Assembly (NCBI GenBank): GCA_963798845.1
Contig: CAWCUS010000006.1
Location: 384,001 to 448,000, forward strand
From: an uncultured Gemmatimonadales bacterium
Lineage (GTDB): Bacteria > Gemmatimonadota > Gemmatimonadetes > Longimicrobiales > RSA9
Direction of reading: 5' to 3'
Length of the DNA: 64,000 nt
The notes under the pieces are model-generated. The model was not told the origin of the DNA. It did not search any database and saw only the letters and a list, made by a program, of their open reading frames with translations. Below, piece after piece: positions 1 to 9,801 of this stretch. Within the stretch, counting starts at the first letter, position 1. Every line of letters starts with the position of its first letter. A program made the position numbers and the translations under genes.

Positions 1-1
1 T

Positions 2-553
2 CGGCTCGCACACGATCGCGCCGTCCGCCGCGAGCCCTTCCTCCAGGAGGCGACGACAGCCGACGGCCGCCTCCTCCTCGTCGGCCGTGAGCACCACCGT
101 CAATCTCCCGCGGATCCCGGTCCCGCCGTCCGACGGCTCGCGCGCTGCGTCGCGCGCTGCCGCGAGGGCGGCGGCAACCCCGCCCTTCATATCCGCTGCG
201 CCCCTCCCCCACAACCTCCCGTCCCGCAGGTCCCCGCTGAACGCAGGAACGGTCATCGCGGCCACGCCCACGGTGTCGAGGTGGCCGCTGAGGATCAACG
301 ACCGCCCCGCTCCTCGCTCGAGCGTGCCCACAACGCTGTAGCGCTCGGTTGGGGCCTCCACGAGTCGCACCCGGTACCCCCACTGGTCCAGCCAGGACGC
401 CGCCAACCGGGCGATCTTCGCTTCCCCCGCGCCGTCCTCTTCCAGTCCCGGGTTCACGGATGGCACCTGGACGAGGGCCCGGGCCAGCTCCACCACGTCC
501 TGTGGCGCGGCCGCAATCTGGTGTGGAGATTCTACATCTTTTCGCGCTGCCAT
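2..553 (-). CDS. M20 family metallopeptidase / ArgE-DapE-like deacylase (N-terminal part; runs off window start)
   Basis: Not in the ORF track. Manual reverse-strand translation from ATG at 553 gives VPSVNP, LSGHLDTV, GRGAADMKGG, VVLTADEE and AIVCEP, the M20 metal-binding motifs. Confidence 0.9.
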   Translation of the reverse strand, partial: MAARKDVESPHQIAAAPQDVVELARALVQVPSVNPGLEEDGAGEAKIARLAASWLDQWGYRVRLVEAPTERYSVVGTLERGAGRSLILSGHLDTVGVAAMTVPAFSGDLRDGRLWGRGAADMKGGVAAALAAARDAAREPSDGGTGIRGRLTVVLTADEEEAAVGCRRLLEEGLAADGAIVCEP

Positions 554-658
554 GCGGTCATCCCCGGGCGACATCGCGACCAAAATCCGGCGGCATTATT
601 CTTGATCCTGAGACCCAGCGAGCCCCGCGAACCGGGAGGGAATATCCGTACCATCAAT

Positions 659-805
659 GTGAGTCTGCTGGCCATGGCCGCGCTGGCGGCGGGGTACCTG
701 CTGAACCGGATCCGCCGCCCCGAGCCCGAGCCCCTCGGACCGAGAATCCAGAGCGAGTCCGAGGGCCAGGTCTCGCTGGAAAAGCTGCGCGCCGCAGGCT
801 TCTAG
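659..805 (+). CDS. small membrane-anchored hypothetical peptide (~48 aa)
   Basis: Hydrophobic N-terminus (VSLLAMAALAAGYLL) in an otherwise empty gap, with GGAGG upstream; start uncertain. Confidence 0.4.
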   Translation: MSLLAMAALAAGYLLNRIRRPEPEPLGPRIQSESEGQVSLEKLRAAGF

Positions 806-834
806 ACGCCGATCCTCCCCGATGCCGGAACGTC

Positions 835-1314
835 CTACGACGAATGGTCGTGGACGATCTCCCACCTCTCCCCTGCCTTCAGGAAGGTGAGGGAGAAGCT
901 CCCCGTTGCGTTCTGCTCCCCCGAGTCCCGGTCGTACAACACGTAGTGCCCGAAGGCGATCGCCATCGTCGGCGCGACGCGTCGGACGTCCAGGTCCTCG
1001 TAGCGCAGGCCGTCACGCGGAGCGCCGTCACGCCAGTAAGCCGTCTGGTAAACCGCGCGGATCGCGTCGCGGCCATGGACGAGGCCGCGGGACGTGACGA
1101 AGGTGGCGTCCTCCGCGTAGTCGCCCACGAACGCGTCCAGATCGCCCCGGTTCCATGCGGCGGCGGAGCCCGTCATGATCTTCGTGATCCGGGCCGCGGT
1201 GTCGTCCTGGGGAGACGGCGCGGCGGCCGGCGGGGCATGCGCGCACGCGCCGGCCGCCAGGAGGCAGGGCGCGACGATCGCGAGCCTAATCGAAGAACGC
1301 GCGGTTCTTCTCAA
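835..1314 (-). CDS. NTF2-like (DUF4440/SnoaL-like) lipoprotein
   Basis: [21 protein letters not shown] and WEIVHDHSS motifs; lipobox-like LAAGAC; TTG start inferred. Confidence 0.8.
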   Translation of the reverse strand: MRRTARSSIRLAIVAPCLLAAGACAHAPPAAAPSPQDDTAARITKIMTGSAAAWNRGDLDAFVGDYAEDATFVTSRGLVHGRDAIRAVYQTAYWRDGAPRDGLRYEDLDVRRVAPTMAIAFGHYVLYDRDSGEQNATGSFSLTFLKAGERWEIVHDHSS

Positions 1315-1519
1315 TGTAGTTGGTCCATTCCGGGGGAACGTCGGTGTCCGGGAAGATCGCGGTAACCGGGCACTCGGGCTCGCACGCGCCGCAGTCAATG
1401 CACTCGTCCGGGTGGATGTAGTACTGGTCCTCGCCTTCGTAGATGCAGTCCACCGGGCACACTTCGACGCAGCTCGCGTCCTTGGTCCCGATGCACGGCT
1501 CGGCGATCACATATGGCAT
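1286..1519 (-). CDS. fdxA: 7Fe ([3Fe-4S][4Fe-4S]) ferredoxin
   Basis: [25 protein letters not shown]...[12 protein letters not shown]. Confidence 0.93.
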   Translation of the reverse strand: MPYVIAEPCIGTKDASCVEVCPVDCIYEGEDQYYIHPDECIDCGACEPECPVTAIFPDTDVPPEWTNYIEKNRAFFD

Positions 1520-1601
1520 TCTGCTTCCTCCAACTGCTTCCGTAGCGGGAGCCAAAATAGTGCACGGAGTATCAAGCCGTTGCAAGTGCCGGGCGCGCGC
1601 A

Positions 1602-2153
1602 TCAGTCGCGCGGCCGCCACGGTGTTTCGGCGGCTCCGTCCCGGTGGTTCGCCAGCCGCGCCAGCTCGAACAGGAGGTCCGAGAGCCGATTCAGATAAAC
1701 CAGGATTGCGGGCTCCACCTCTTCGGACTCCGCCAGCAGCACCACCGCGCGCTCGGCCCGCCGACAGATGGTCCGCGCCACGTGGAGCGCGGCCCCCGTG
1801 GGGGCGCCGCCCGGTAGGATGAAGGACCGTAGCGGCTCGAGCTCCTCTTCCGCGGCGTCCATCCATGCCTCGAACTCGGCGGGCCGCGCACCGGGCAGCG
1901 GAGGAACGTGAGCACCGGCGCGCGCGCCAACCGGCGTGGCGAGGTGCGCACCGAGTGAGAACAGGTCTTCCTGCACGCCGGACAGGCGCGTGTGGAGATC
2001 CGGGTCGTCGGCCTGGGCGAGCACCCAGCCGAGCGCGGCGTTCAGCTCGTCCACGTCTCCGTACGCCGCCACGCGAGCGCTGGACTTGCGCACGCGTCCA
2101 CCGCCGAAAAGGCCCGTTTCCCCCCCGTCGCCCGTCCGCGTGTAGATCTTCAT
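1602..2153 (-). CDS. ATP:cob(I)alamin adenosyltransferase (PduO type)
   Basis: [31 protein letters not shown] and [10 protein letters not shown] motifs. Confidence 0.95.
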   Translation of the reverse strand: MKIYTRTGDGGETGLFGGGRVRKSSARVAAYGDVDELNAALGWVLAQADDPDLHTRLSGVQEDLFSLGAHLATPVGARAGAHVPPLPGARPAEFEAWMDAAEEELEPLRSFILPGGAPTGAALHVARTICRRAERAVVLLAESEEVEPAILVYLNRLSDLLFELARLANHRDGAAETPWRPRD

Positions 2154-3100
2154 CCGCTCTTTCCCTCCCGGTCCGTGGCAGGCTCCAGCAGCTCGATCGA
2201 TCCGGCGTCTGCGTCCAGGCGCGCCCGGACGCCCATGGGCAGCGTCCAGTTTTCCCGACCGTGGCCGAACGGCAGCCCGATCACTGCCGGTATCCCGCGG
2301 GGTCGCAGGATCTCGTCGACCAGCTCCGCGAGCGCGACCCACGGGTCGCCACCGGAACTGGATCCGTCACCGGCGGTGATCCCCGTGAACTCGCCGAGTG
2401 CGACACCGGCCGCGCCGTCGAGGACGCCGGCGAGCTCGAGCTGCGCGAACATGCGATCGATCCTGTACAGCGGCTCACCGACGTCCTCGATGACCAGGAC
2501 AGCTCCGCGGGCGTCAGGCTGATACGGAGTGCCGCAGCTGGCGGCGAGGAGCGCGAGGTTGCCACCCACGAGGGGACCCTCGGCCACCCCGCTCGCCAGC
2601 GTCCTCGGGCGCGGCCACCCCGGCGGGACGGGCAGCAACCCGGCAGGCTCCCCGGCCATGACCACTCGCCGGAACACGGCTTCCGTGCACGAAGGGAAAT
2701 GGCGGAACCCCGCGTGCGGCCCGTGGAAGGAGGCGACGCCCAGGCGGCGCAGTGCGAGGTGGATGATGGTGTTGTCGCTGAATCCGATGACTGCCTTCGG
2801 ACGGTCGCGCAGGGGCGAGAGGTCCAGGTGGCGAAGCGTTCGCATCGCGCCGTAGCCGCCACGCAGCATCCAGATGGCGGCGGCCGGGCCGGCGATCGCG
2901 CGCTCGAAGTCCCTGGCCCGGAGGCGATCGGGACCGGCGAGGTATCCGAGGCGGCCGCGGGCGGCGTCGCCGGTGACGGGCTCCAGGCCGAGGCGACGGC
3001 AGCGGGAGACGGCCGTGCGGACGGCGGCGTCAGTGACGGGGCCTGCGGGCGCGATGAGCGCCACGCTGTCCCCGGGTCGCAGCGTCGGCGGGAGGATCAC
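2150..3100 (-). CDS. ldcA: LD-carboxypeptidase (S66 family)
   Basis: RGGYG, IGFSDNT (catalytic Ser), GGNL, IEDVGE and FGH motifs. Confidence 0.92.
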   Translation of the reverse strand: MILPPTLRPGDSVALIAPAGPVTDAAVRTAVSRCRRLGLEPVTGDAARGRLGYLAGPDRLRARDFERAIAGPAAAIWMLRGGYGAMRTLRHLDLSPLRDRPKAVIGFSDNTIIHLALRRLGVASFHGPHAGFRHFPSCTEAVFRRVVMAGEPAGLLPVPPGWPRPRTLASGVAEGPLVGGNLALLAASCGTPYQPDARGAVLVIEDVGEPLYRIDRMFAQLELAGVLDGAAGVALGEFTGITAGDGSSSGGDPWVALAELVDEILRPRGIPAVIGLPFGHGRENWTLPMGVRARLDADAGSIELLEPATDREGKSG

Positions 3101-3141
3101 GGGGCGAAGGTGTCATGCCCGGAGTCGCGGCGCCAGTCCGC

Positions 3142-5316
3142 TCAGAAGAGCGCGTCGAAGTATATGTCCGCACGCCACTGCCGGACCGGACGGATCGCCC
3201 GGGCGATGTCGATCCGCACGAGCCCGTCCAGCACGCTCCCCCCCACACCGACCGAGACGGCCACATCGGCGCTTTCGAAGTCGGCTCGGTCTCCCGCCCA
3301 GCCGGCGTCCGAGAACAGCGCCACGCGGGCGCCGGGGAAGTCGTTCGCCACCTCCAGCCGCGCGCGAGCGTAGTCGCGCCCGGCGAAAGCGCCCGCGGCG
3401 AACCCGCGCAGGGTCGGCGCCCCACCCAGGAACCAGCGCGCCTGCGGGGAGACGGATTCCGGCTCGTCGCCGGGGCCGAGCGTCGTGCCCCCACCCAGCT
3501 CGAGGGCGCCCATCAGCCGACCGGGCAGCGGCGCCCCTCCGTGCAGCGTCAGCCCTGGCCGGACGAAGTCGTACGTTCCGGTCTCGGCGGTGACGTCGAG
3601 CCAGGCGCCCCATCGGAAGCCGGTCGGGTCGAGGCCCCGGTCCGTGCCGAAGCCCAGGGCCATCCCGACCTGGTCGGCCGTTGCCGCGCCCGGCGCGTCG
3701 GCGAACACCCGCGACGTGTCGAACGCGTGGGGAACGCTGAAATCGGTCCCGGTGAAAACGGGTGCCTGATGCTCTCCGTACAGGCGCAGCCGGTAGTGCC
3801 CTTCGCCCACGGCCGGAGACAGGGTGAGCTCTGCTCCCGTCGCCGCGAAGTAGAGGCCATCATCCCGGCCGACGAGCAGCGCACCGAGTGAATTGGCGAT
3901 TCCGAAGGGCCTGAGCGCGGGCTCCGACGAGGCGAGGCGTCGGTACCCTGCGAGGCGCCAGGTCCGACGCAACGTCGGGAGCTGGAGGCCCAACTCGGCG
4001 CGCGGGACCAGGTCCGCCGTGCCGAGGCGGCCGGTCAGGTCGGCCTGGAGGCGTCCAAGGTCCCAGTCCACGCGCGCTCCGAGCGAGAGGCCCTCCACGC
4101 GATTGTACCGGACCAGGCCACTGCGCAGCGCCCAGGGCCAGCTGAACACCGGGCGCTCGAGGGCCCACGGAGCGGCGGGGATGAGATCGAGTCTCTCGCC
4201 CAGGTCGCGCAGGTCGGCCTCCGCGATCAGGGGTTGACCCTGCGTGAAGATGGACGGTGGCAGGAACTCACTCGTCAGGAGCGCCGAAGTGTCGTCCGGG
4301 ATGACGACGTCGTAGCCCCAGTACGGCTCCTTCTCGCGGGCACCCGGCACCCCGGCGAGCTTCAGCTTCAGGGGTGGCAGCTCGGGGAGCCCGAACCGGT
4401 CGGGCTCGACTTCATAGTCGGAGTAGGTGACCTCCAGGTCGAGAGGGAAGTGGGCGGCGCCCAGCTGGAGCGATCCGTCGAACGCCATGAGACGCGGCAG
4501 CCACCACCGCATTTCCCAGAGTCCATACTCCACGGTGATGTAGCGGATCTCGAAGCGGACGGGCTTGAGGATTCCCGGAATGTCGTCGGTGTCCTCGGCG
4601 TCGTCGGGGTCGAGGGTGCGCATGTCACGATCCAGATCGAAGTCCCGCGCCGGGCGGAACACCGCCTGCACGATGGCGTGGTCGTCCATCTCGATCCAGA
4701 ACGACCCCGTCACCAGCCTGATGTCGCGCCGGCGCGGAGTGACCCGCAGCTCCACGAGGCGGATCGAGCGCCCGTCCGGCAGCCGGATGACGGTGGTGTC
4801 CCCCGTCGCGTACCGGTACACGGACTCCCCGTTCCTCACGAGCGGGTGCCAAGCGAACCCATCCTCGTCGGGCGTCAGCCAGAGCCGATCGGCCCCGGGC
4901 TCGGGTATGAAGGACTGCGCCCAGTCCTCCAGGTCATCGGGGATCTGCACGCCGGGGATCGCCACCGGGATCGCCTCGCGTGCGCCCAGCACCTCCACGC
5001 GCGTCACCCCGTCCCGCCTCCAGTCCACGCGCTCTGCGCTCTCGCGTCGAAAGAGCAGGCGGTCCCGGCGGAGTGCCCTGAGGCCCACGGAAACGCGCTG
5101 GCGGACCAGGGCGCGGTAGCGGAACACAGACGCGTCGAACAGGCCCCGGTGCTCTCGCGCGAGCCGCACCAGCTCCCGCGTGGCCGCGTCCGCGTACGCC
5201 GTCGCCATCGCCGCGGAGTCGGGCGGCGGGAGCAGCGTGTCGGCAGGCGGGGCCGTCGCCCCGCCGACGGAGACGGAAGCAGTCTGGAGGAAGGCGAACA
5301 GCAGCGAAATGGCCAT
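3142..5316 (-). CDS. secreted / outer-membrane beta-barrel-like protein
   Basis: Signal-peptide-like N-terminus, RYNRVEG motif, amphipathic beta-strands, Omp85-like LRGF and C-terminal Phe (DALF). Confidence 0.65.
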   Translation of the reverse strand: MAISLLFAFLQTASVSVGGATAPPADTLLPPPDSAAMATAYADAATRELVRLAREHRGLFDASVFRYRALVRQRVSVGLRALRRDRLLFRRESAERVDWRRDGVTRVEVLGAREAIPVAIPGVQIPDDLEDWAQSFIPEPGADRLWLTPDEDGFAWHPLVRNGESVYRYATGDTTVIRLPDGRSIRLVELRVTPRRRDIRLVTGSFWIEMDDHAIVQAVFRPARDFDLDRDMRTLDPDDAEDTDDIPGILKPVRFEIRYITVEYGLWEMRWWLPRLMAFDGSLQLGAAHFPLDLEVTYSDYEVEPDRFGLPELPPLKLKLAGVPGAREKEPYWGYDVVIPDDTSALLTSEFLPPSIFTQGQPLIAEADLRDLGERLDLIPAAPWALERPVFSWPWALRSGLVRYNRVEGLSLGARVDWDLGRLQADLTGRLGTADLVPRAELGLQLPTLRRTWRLAGYRRLASSEPALRPFGIANSLGALLVGRDDGLYFAATGAELTLSPAVGEGHYRLRLYGEHQAPVFTGTDFSVPHAFDTSRVFADAPGAATADQVGMALGFGTDRGLDPTGFRWGAWLDVTAETGTYDFVRPGLTLHGGAPLPGRLMGALELGGGTTLGPGDEPESVSPQARWFLGGAPTLRGFAAGAFAGRDYARARLEVANDFPGARVALFSDAGWAGDRADFESADVAVSVGVGGSVLDGLVRIDIARAIRPVRQWRADIYFDALF

Positions 5317-5443
5317 CGGTGGTCCCTGGTGTCGGCGCCGGCGCTCACTCCTCTACGGGAGGGCGTCACGCCCGGTTTCGTGCTGGTCCGGCTCCTGCCC
5401 GGACCCTATGTTTCCCGTCGGCTTCCCTCGCGCCCCGATTGCT

Positions 5444-5857
5444 ATGATGGACGACCCGGCCCGTGAGAAGGTGAACGCCCTGTACTGGGAATCCGACGCG
5501 TCCGTGGCGGAGATCGCGGACAACCTCGGAATCTCGCGTCGCGCGCTCTACGAGACCATCGACCCCCGCCCCGCCGGCGCCCTCTGCCCTGCTTGCGGGG
5601 GCGACCTCCACTTCCGGAACCGGACGGCTGCCGAACGCCTCCGCCCCGAGTGCGCCGACTGTGGTGAGGAGACCACGCTCCCTGACGCTGCCGGGGCCGC
5701 CACCCGGACAGCGCCAACGCCGCCGTCACCGGTCCGGTCCGCACCGCGGTCCGTGCCCGGGATCTCACGGGACGTTCCAGGGGCGTGGGTGGGCGGCGCC
5801 ATGGTGACCGGCCTGGTGGTCGGGGCCGCGCTCGGGTACCTCCTGCGGCGCCACTGA
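5444..5857 (+). CDS. HTH + zinc-ribbon protein with C-terminal TM anchor
   Basis: SVAEIADNLGISRRALYE helix-turn-helix; CPACGG...CADCGE; C-terminal hydrophobic helix followed by RRH. Confidence 0.75.
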   Translation: MMDDPAREKVNALYWESDASVAEIADNLGISRRALYETIDPRPAGALCPACGGDLHFRNRTAAERLRPECADCGEETTLPDAAGAATRTAPTPPSPVRSAPRSVPGISRDVPGAWVGGAMVTGLVVGAALGYLLRRH

Positions 5858-5866
5858 GGCACGGCT

Positions 5867-7213
5867 TTGGCCGAGGCCGCCGGCGAATTCGGCGAAGCGC
5901 TCCCCACCCTCGCCACGGAAATCCCCGGTCCGCGCTCCCGCGCCCTCGGCCGGCGGCTCCGGAGCGTGGAGAGCCGCAACATCACGCGCATCGACGAGGC
6001 CGGGCCCATCTTCTGGGCGGAGGCCGCGGGCGCGAACGTGCGCGATGTGGACGGGAACGAGTTCGTCGACCTCACCGCGGGCTTCGGCGTGGCCGCTGCC
6101 GGCCACCGGAACGGCAGGGTTGCCCGGGCCGCGGCCGCGCAGCTCGGCCGCCTCGTCCACGCCATGGGCGACGTTCACCCGGCGGAAGCCAAGGTGCTGC
6201 TCCTGGAGCGCCTCGCCGCGCTGACACCGGGCGACCTGCGCGTGGGCATCCTCGGAACCGACGGCTCCGACGCCGTGGAGGCCGCCCTGAAGACGGCGGC
6301 CCTCGCCACTGGCCGCCCGGGCGTGGTGGCGTTCGAGGGGGCATACCACGGGCTGGGGTACGGCGCCCTCGCGGCCACGCACGCTGCGCCCTTCCGTGAA
6401 CCGTTCGCCCGACAGCTGTACGGCGGCGTCCGCTTCGCACCCTATCCTGCGCGTCAGCGCGATGCCGCCGATGCCGCCTCCACGGAGCGAGCGCTGGAAG
6501 AGGTCGAGCGCCACATACGGAGCGGGCGAAGCGGTGAGGATGCCGTGGGCGCGGTCATGGTCGAGCCCGTGCTGGGCCGTGGCGGGATCGTGGTGCCGCC
6601 CCCCGACTTTCTCCCCGGGTTGCGAACGCTGTGCAGCGACATGGATGTCGTGCTCGTTGTCGACGAGATCTACACGGGCCTCGGACGCACCGGGCGGTGG
6701 TTCGCCTGTGAGCACACGGGTGTGGTGCCCGACCTGCTCGTGCTGGGTAAATCCCTGGCCGGCGGTCTCCCGCTCAGCTGCGTGGTCGGGCGTCCCGAGA
6801 TCATGGACGCGTGGCCGCGGTCCACGGGCGAGGCGATCCACACGTCCACCTTCCTCGGACACCCGGTGGCGTGCGCCGCCGCGCTGGCCAACCTCGACGA
6901 GATCGAAACGCACGCGCTGGTCGCCCGCTCTGCCGCGCTCGGCGACCGGCTGGCCGGCTGGCTTTCCGATCTTGCGGAGCGCGTGCCGGGCGCCGGGCCT
7001 GAGCGGGGCCTGGGCCTGATGCGCGCGCTTCCGCTCGACGCGGGGCCGCAGCTCGCCGGCGCCCGCGCCGCGCGGGCCGTGCACGGTGCTCTTCGCCGCG
7101 GTGTGATCGTGTTGCCGGAAGGTGATGCGCTGGCGCTCACCCCGCCGCTCACGATCACGGAGCGACAGCTGCGGCATGCGCTGGGCGTCATCGAGGACGT
7201 GCTGGCGCGGTGA
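5867..7213 (+). CDS. class III PLP aminotransferase (GabT/ArgD-like)
   Basis: RDVDGNEFVDL, GSDAVEAALK, FEGAYHG, DEIYTGLGRTG, PDLLVLGKSL and HTSTFLGHP motifs. Confidence 0.93.
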   Translation: MAEAAGEFGEALPTLATEIPGPRSRALGRRLRSVESRNITRIDEAGPIFWAEAAGANVRDVDGNEFVDLTAGFGVAAAGHRNGRVARAAAAQLGRLVHAMGDVHPAEAKVLLLERLAALTPGDLRVGILGTDGSDAVEAALKTAALATGRPGVVAFEGAYHGLGYGALAATHAAPFREPFARQLYGGVRFAPYPARQRDAADAASTERALEEVERHIRSGRSGEDAVGAVMVEPVLGRGGIVVPPPDFLPGLRTLCSDMDVVLVVDEIYTGLGRTGRWFACEHTGVVPDLLVLGKSLAGGLPLSCVVGRPEIMDAWPRSTGEAIHTSTFLGHPVACAAALANLDEIETHALVARSAALGDRLAGWLSDLAERVPGAGPERGLGLMRALPLDAGPQLAGARAARAVHGALRRGVIVLPEGDALALTPPLTITERQLRHALGVIEDVLAR

Positions 7214-7216
7214 GGC

Positions 7217-7495
7217 TCAGCGGGCGGCGTCGAGCTCGCGGGCCAGGTCGAAGTCCCGGTGCGTGAGCCCGCCCTCACTGTGGGTCGAGAGGGCGCACGA
7301 CACGCGGTCGTAGCGGATGTCGATGTCGGGATGGTGGTTGGCCCGCTCCGCCAGCTCCGCGATGCGGTTGACGAAGGCGATCGCCCCGGCGAAGGAATCG
7401 CAGGTGTAGGTTTTCCGGATGGCGCTCCCTTCCCGTGTCCACCCATGCAGCTCGTCCAGCTTGCGTCCGATATCCACGTCGTCCAGCAGGGGCAT
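7217..7495 (-). CDS. phhB: pterin-4-alpha-carbinolamine dehydratase
   Basis: AERANHHPDIDIRY and STHSEGGLT..DFDLA motifs. Confidence 0.92.
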   Translation of the reverse strand: MPLLDDVDIGRKLDELHGWTREGSAIRKTYTCDSFAGAIAFVNRIAELAERANHHPDIDIRYDRVSCALSTHSEGGLTHRDFDLARELDAAR

Positions 7496-7621
7496 GCGTC
7501 CTCCTCGGACCATGATGGTGTGGGCAACGTGCGCCCCAGCCGCCGCGCGGGGCAAGGGTAGCGCCAACGCGGGGTGCGCCATTGCCTTTTCCCCCCGGCT
7601 CGCCCACCTTCTAGACCGATC

Positions 7622-8617
7622 GTGACCGAGATACTGATCACCGGCGCAACCGGCTTCGTCGGCTCGCATCTCGTCGAGCTGCTTGGCCGGCGGGGGCTGC
7701 GCGCGCGGGCACTGGTGCGGGCCACGAGCGACACCGCTCTGATCCGCCACCACGGGCTCGAGTGCGTCCCGGGTGATGTCACCGATTCAGCATCCCTGAC
7801 GGAGGCCGTTCGGGGAGCGGATGTGGTGATGCACCTGGCCGGGGCCACCCGGGCGCTGACGGCGGACGAGTTCTTCCGCGTCAATGCCGGCGGTACCCGG
7901 AACCTCCTGGCCGCGCTGGGAGGCGGCGACGGCCGTCGCGTGGTGCTTCTAAGCTCTCTAGCCGCGGCGGGTCCTGCGCGCGGGCGCGAGGTTCGCCCGG
8001 GCGACGAGCCCCGGCCGCTGACCGCTTACGGGCGCAGCAAGGTCGAGGCCGAGCGCCTGGTCCTCGGGCACCCGGGGATATCGGGTGTGGTGCTGCGGCC
8101 GCCTGCGGTATACGGTCCGAGGGATCGTGACCTGTTGACGTTCTTCAAGCTTGCGCGGTGGGGGATCCTGCCCGCGCTCGGTGGAGCGGACCGGCGCCTG
8201 CAGATGGTCCACGCCACCGACGTGGCGGAGGCCGTGATGGCCGCGGCGGAAGGCTCGGCGACAGGGATATTCCACATCGCCGAGCCAACCTCGTACGCGT
8301 GGGGTGAGGTGCTGGACCGCGTGGCCCGGGCCGTCGGGCGAGCGGGAGTGCGCGTACGGGTGCCGGGTGCGGCAGTGAGGGCGGCGGCTGGGGTCAGCGA
8401 GCTGATCGGGCGGATGCTGCGGCGGCCGGGCATCTTCGATCGGGACAAGGCCAGCGAGCTGCTGGCGGATGCATGGCTGTGTGAAACCGATGCGGCGTTC
8501 GAAGCGTTCGGTTTCCGGGCATCCGTGCCGCTCGGAGAAGGACTGAAGGAGACGGCGGACTGGTACACGGCACACGGCTGGCTTCAGGCCGTGGGCGGCA
8601 CCGAGGCAGCGATATGA
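7622..8617 (+). CDS. extended SDR / NAD-dependent epimerase; candidate ceramide reductase (CerR-like)
   Basis: TGATGFVG, SSLAA, YGRSK and RPPAVYGP motifs; ATGA overlap with the next gene. The CerR role is inferred from context. Confidence 0.85.
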   Translation: MTEILITGATGFVGSHLVELLGRRGLRARALVRATSDTALIRHHGLECVPGDVTDSASLTEAVRGADVVMHLAGATRALTADEFFRVNAGGTRNLLAALGGGDGRRVVLLSSLAAAGPARGREVRPGDEPRPLTAYGRSKVEAERLVLGHPGISGVVLRPPAVYGPRDRDLLTFFKLARWGILPALGGADRRLQMVHATDVAEAVMAAAEGSATGIFHIAEPTSYAWGEVLDRVARAVGRAGVRVRVPGAAVRAAAGVSELIGRMLRRPGIFDRDKASELLADAWLCETDAAFEAFGFRASVPLGEGLKETADWYTAHGWLQAVGGTEAAI

Positions 8618-9801
8618 GTCTCTTTGAAAAGTGCTACGGCTTTACCCAGGCTCGCGAAGTCCAGGCGGCCGGGTACTACCCGTACTTTCGGGCGATCCAG
8701 GAGTCGCACGACACCGAAGTGCTCATCGACGGTGAGCGCAAGGTCATGGTCGGATCGAACAACTACCTCGGTCTGACGCACCATCCCAGGGTGGTGGCCG
8801 CGGCGGCGGATGCCATCCGTCGTTACGGCAGCGGGTGCACCGGGAGCCGGTTCCTCAATGGCACGCTGGACCTGCACGAGCGGCTGGAGGCGGAGCTGGC
8901 GGAGTTTCTGAACAAGGAAGCCGCCCTGGTCTTCAGCACCGGGTTCCAGACGAACCTCGGCGCCATCGCCACGCTGGCGGGCCGCAACGACTTCATCATC
9001 TCCGACAAGCTGAATCACGCCAGCATCGTGGACGCATCGCGGCTCGCCTACGCCGAGGTCCAGCGGTACGCCCACAACGACATGGACGCGCTGGAGCGAG
9101 TGCTCCAGAAGCTGCCGGATGAGGCCGGAAAGCTGATCGTCACCGACGGCATCTTCTCGATGGAAGGGGATATCACCGACCTTCCGGCCATCACTTCGCT
9201 GGCGGAGGTCCACGGCGCCAAGGTGCTGGTGGACGATGCCCACGCGTTCGGCGTGCTCGGACACCGGGGCGCCGGCACGGCGGAGCACTTCGGCCTGGAG
9301 AACGAAGTGGACCTCATTGTCACCACGTTCTCCAAATCGCTGGCGTCCATCGGCGGCGTCGTGGCCGGGCCGGAGCCCGTGATCCATTACCTGAAGCACC
9401 ACGCCCGTCCGCTCATCTTCAGCGCGAGCATGCCTCCGTCGGCGGTTGCCACGGTGCTCGCCGCGCTCGACGTGCTGCGCACCGAGCCGGAGCGGATCGA
9501 CGCCCTGTGGCGCAACACCCGCAAGATGCAGCAGGGGCTGAAGGACCTCGGGTACGACATCGGTATGAGCGAGACTCCCATCATCCCGGTCGTGATCGGC
9601 GAGCTGGACCGTCTGCTCATGTTCTGGCGGGAGATCTTCGACGCCGGCGTCTTCACCAACCCGGTCACTCCGCCTGCGGTGCCCGAGAACTCCTGCCGGC
9701 TCCGGATCTCCCTCATGGCGACGCACACCGACGAGCACATCGAGCGCGTCCTGGAAGCGTTCGCACACGTAGGGCGGCAGATGGCGGTGATCCAGCCGTG
9801 A
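8614..9801 (+). CDS. spt: alpha-oxoamine synthase, probable serine palmitoyltransferase
   Basis: GSNNYLGL, GSGCTGSRFLNGT, NHASIVD, DDAH, TFSKSLASIGG (PLP Lys) and IFSASMPP are SPT-like rather than BioF-like. Confidence 0.8.
   Translation: MSLFEKCYGFTQAREVQAAGYYPYFRAIQESHDTEVLIDGERKVMVGSNNYLGLTHHPRVVAAAADAIRRYGSGCTGSRFLNGTLDLHERLEAELAEFLNKEAALVFSTGFQTNLGAIATLAGRNDFIISDKLNHASIVDASRLAYAEVQRYAHNDMDALERVLQKLPDEAGKLIVTDGIFSMEGDITDLPAITSLAEVHGAKVLVDDAHAFGVLGHRGAGTAEHFGLENEVDLIVTTFSKSLASIGGVVAGPEPVIHYLKHHARPLIFSASMPPSAVATVLAALDVLRTEPERIDALWRNTRKMQQGLKDLGYDIGMSETPIIPVVIGELDRLLMFWREIFDAGVFTNPVTPPAVPENSCRLRISLMATHTDEHIERVLEAFAHVGRQMAVIQP

Noticed and set aside
8614..9801. bioF / biotin operon
   Set aside because: No bioA/B/D neighbours; motifs and flanking genes fit SPT better.
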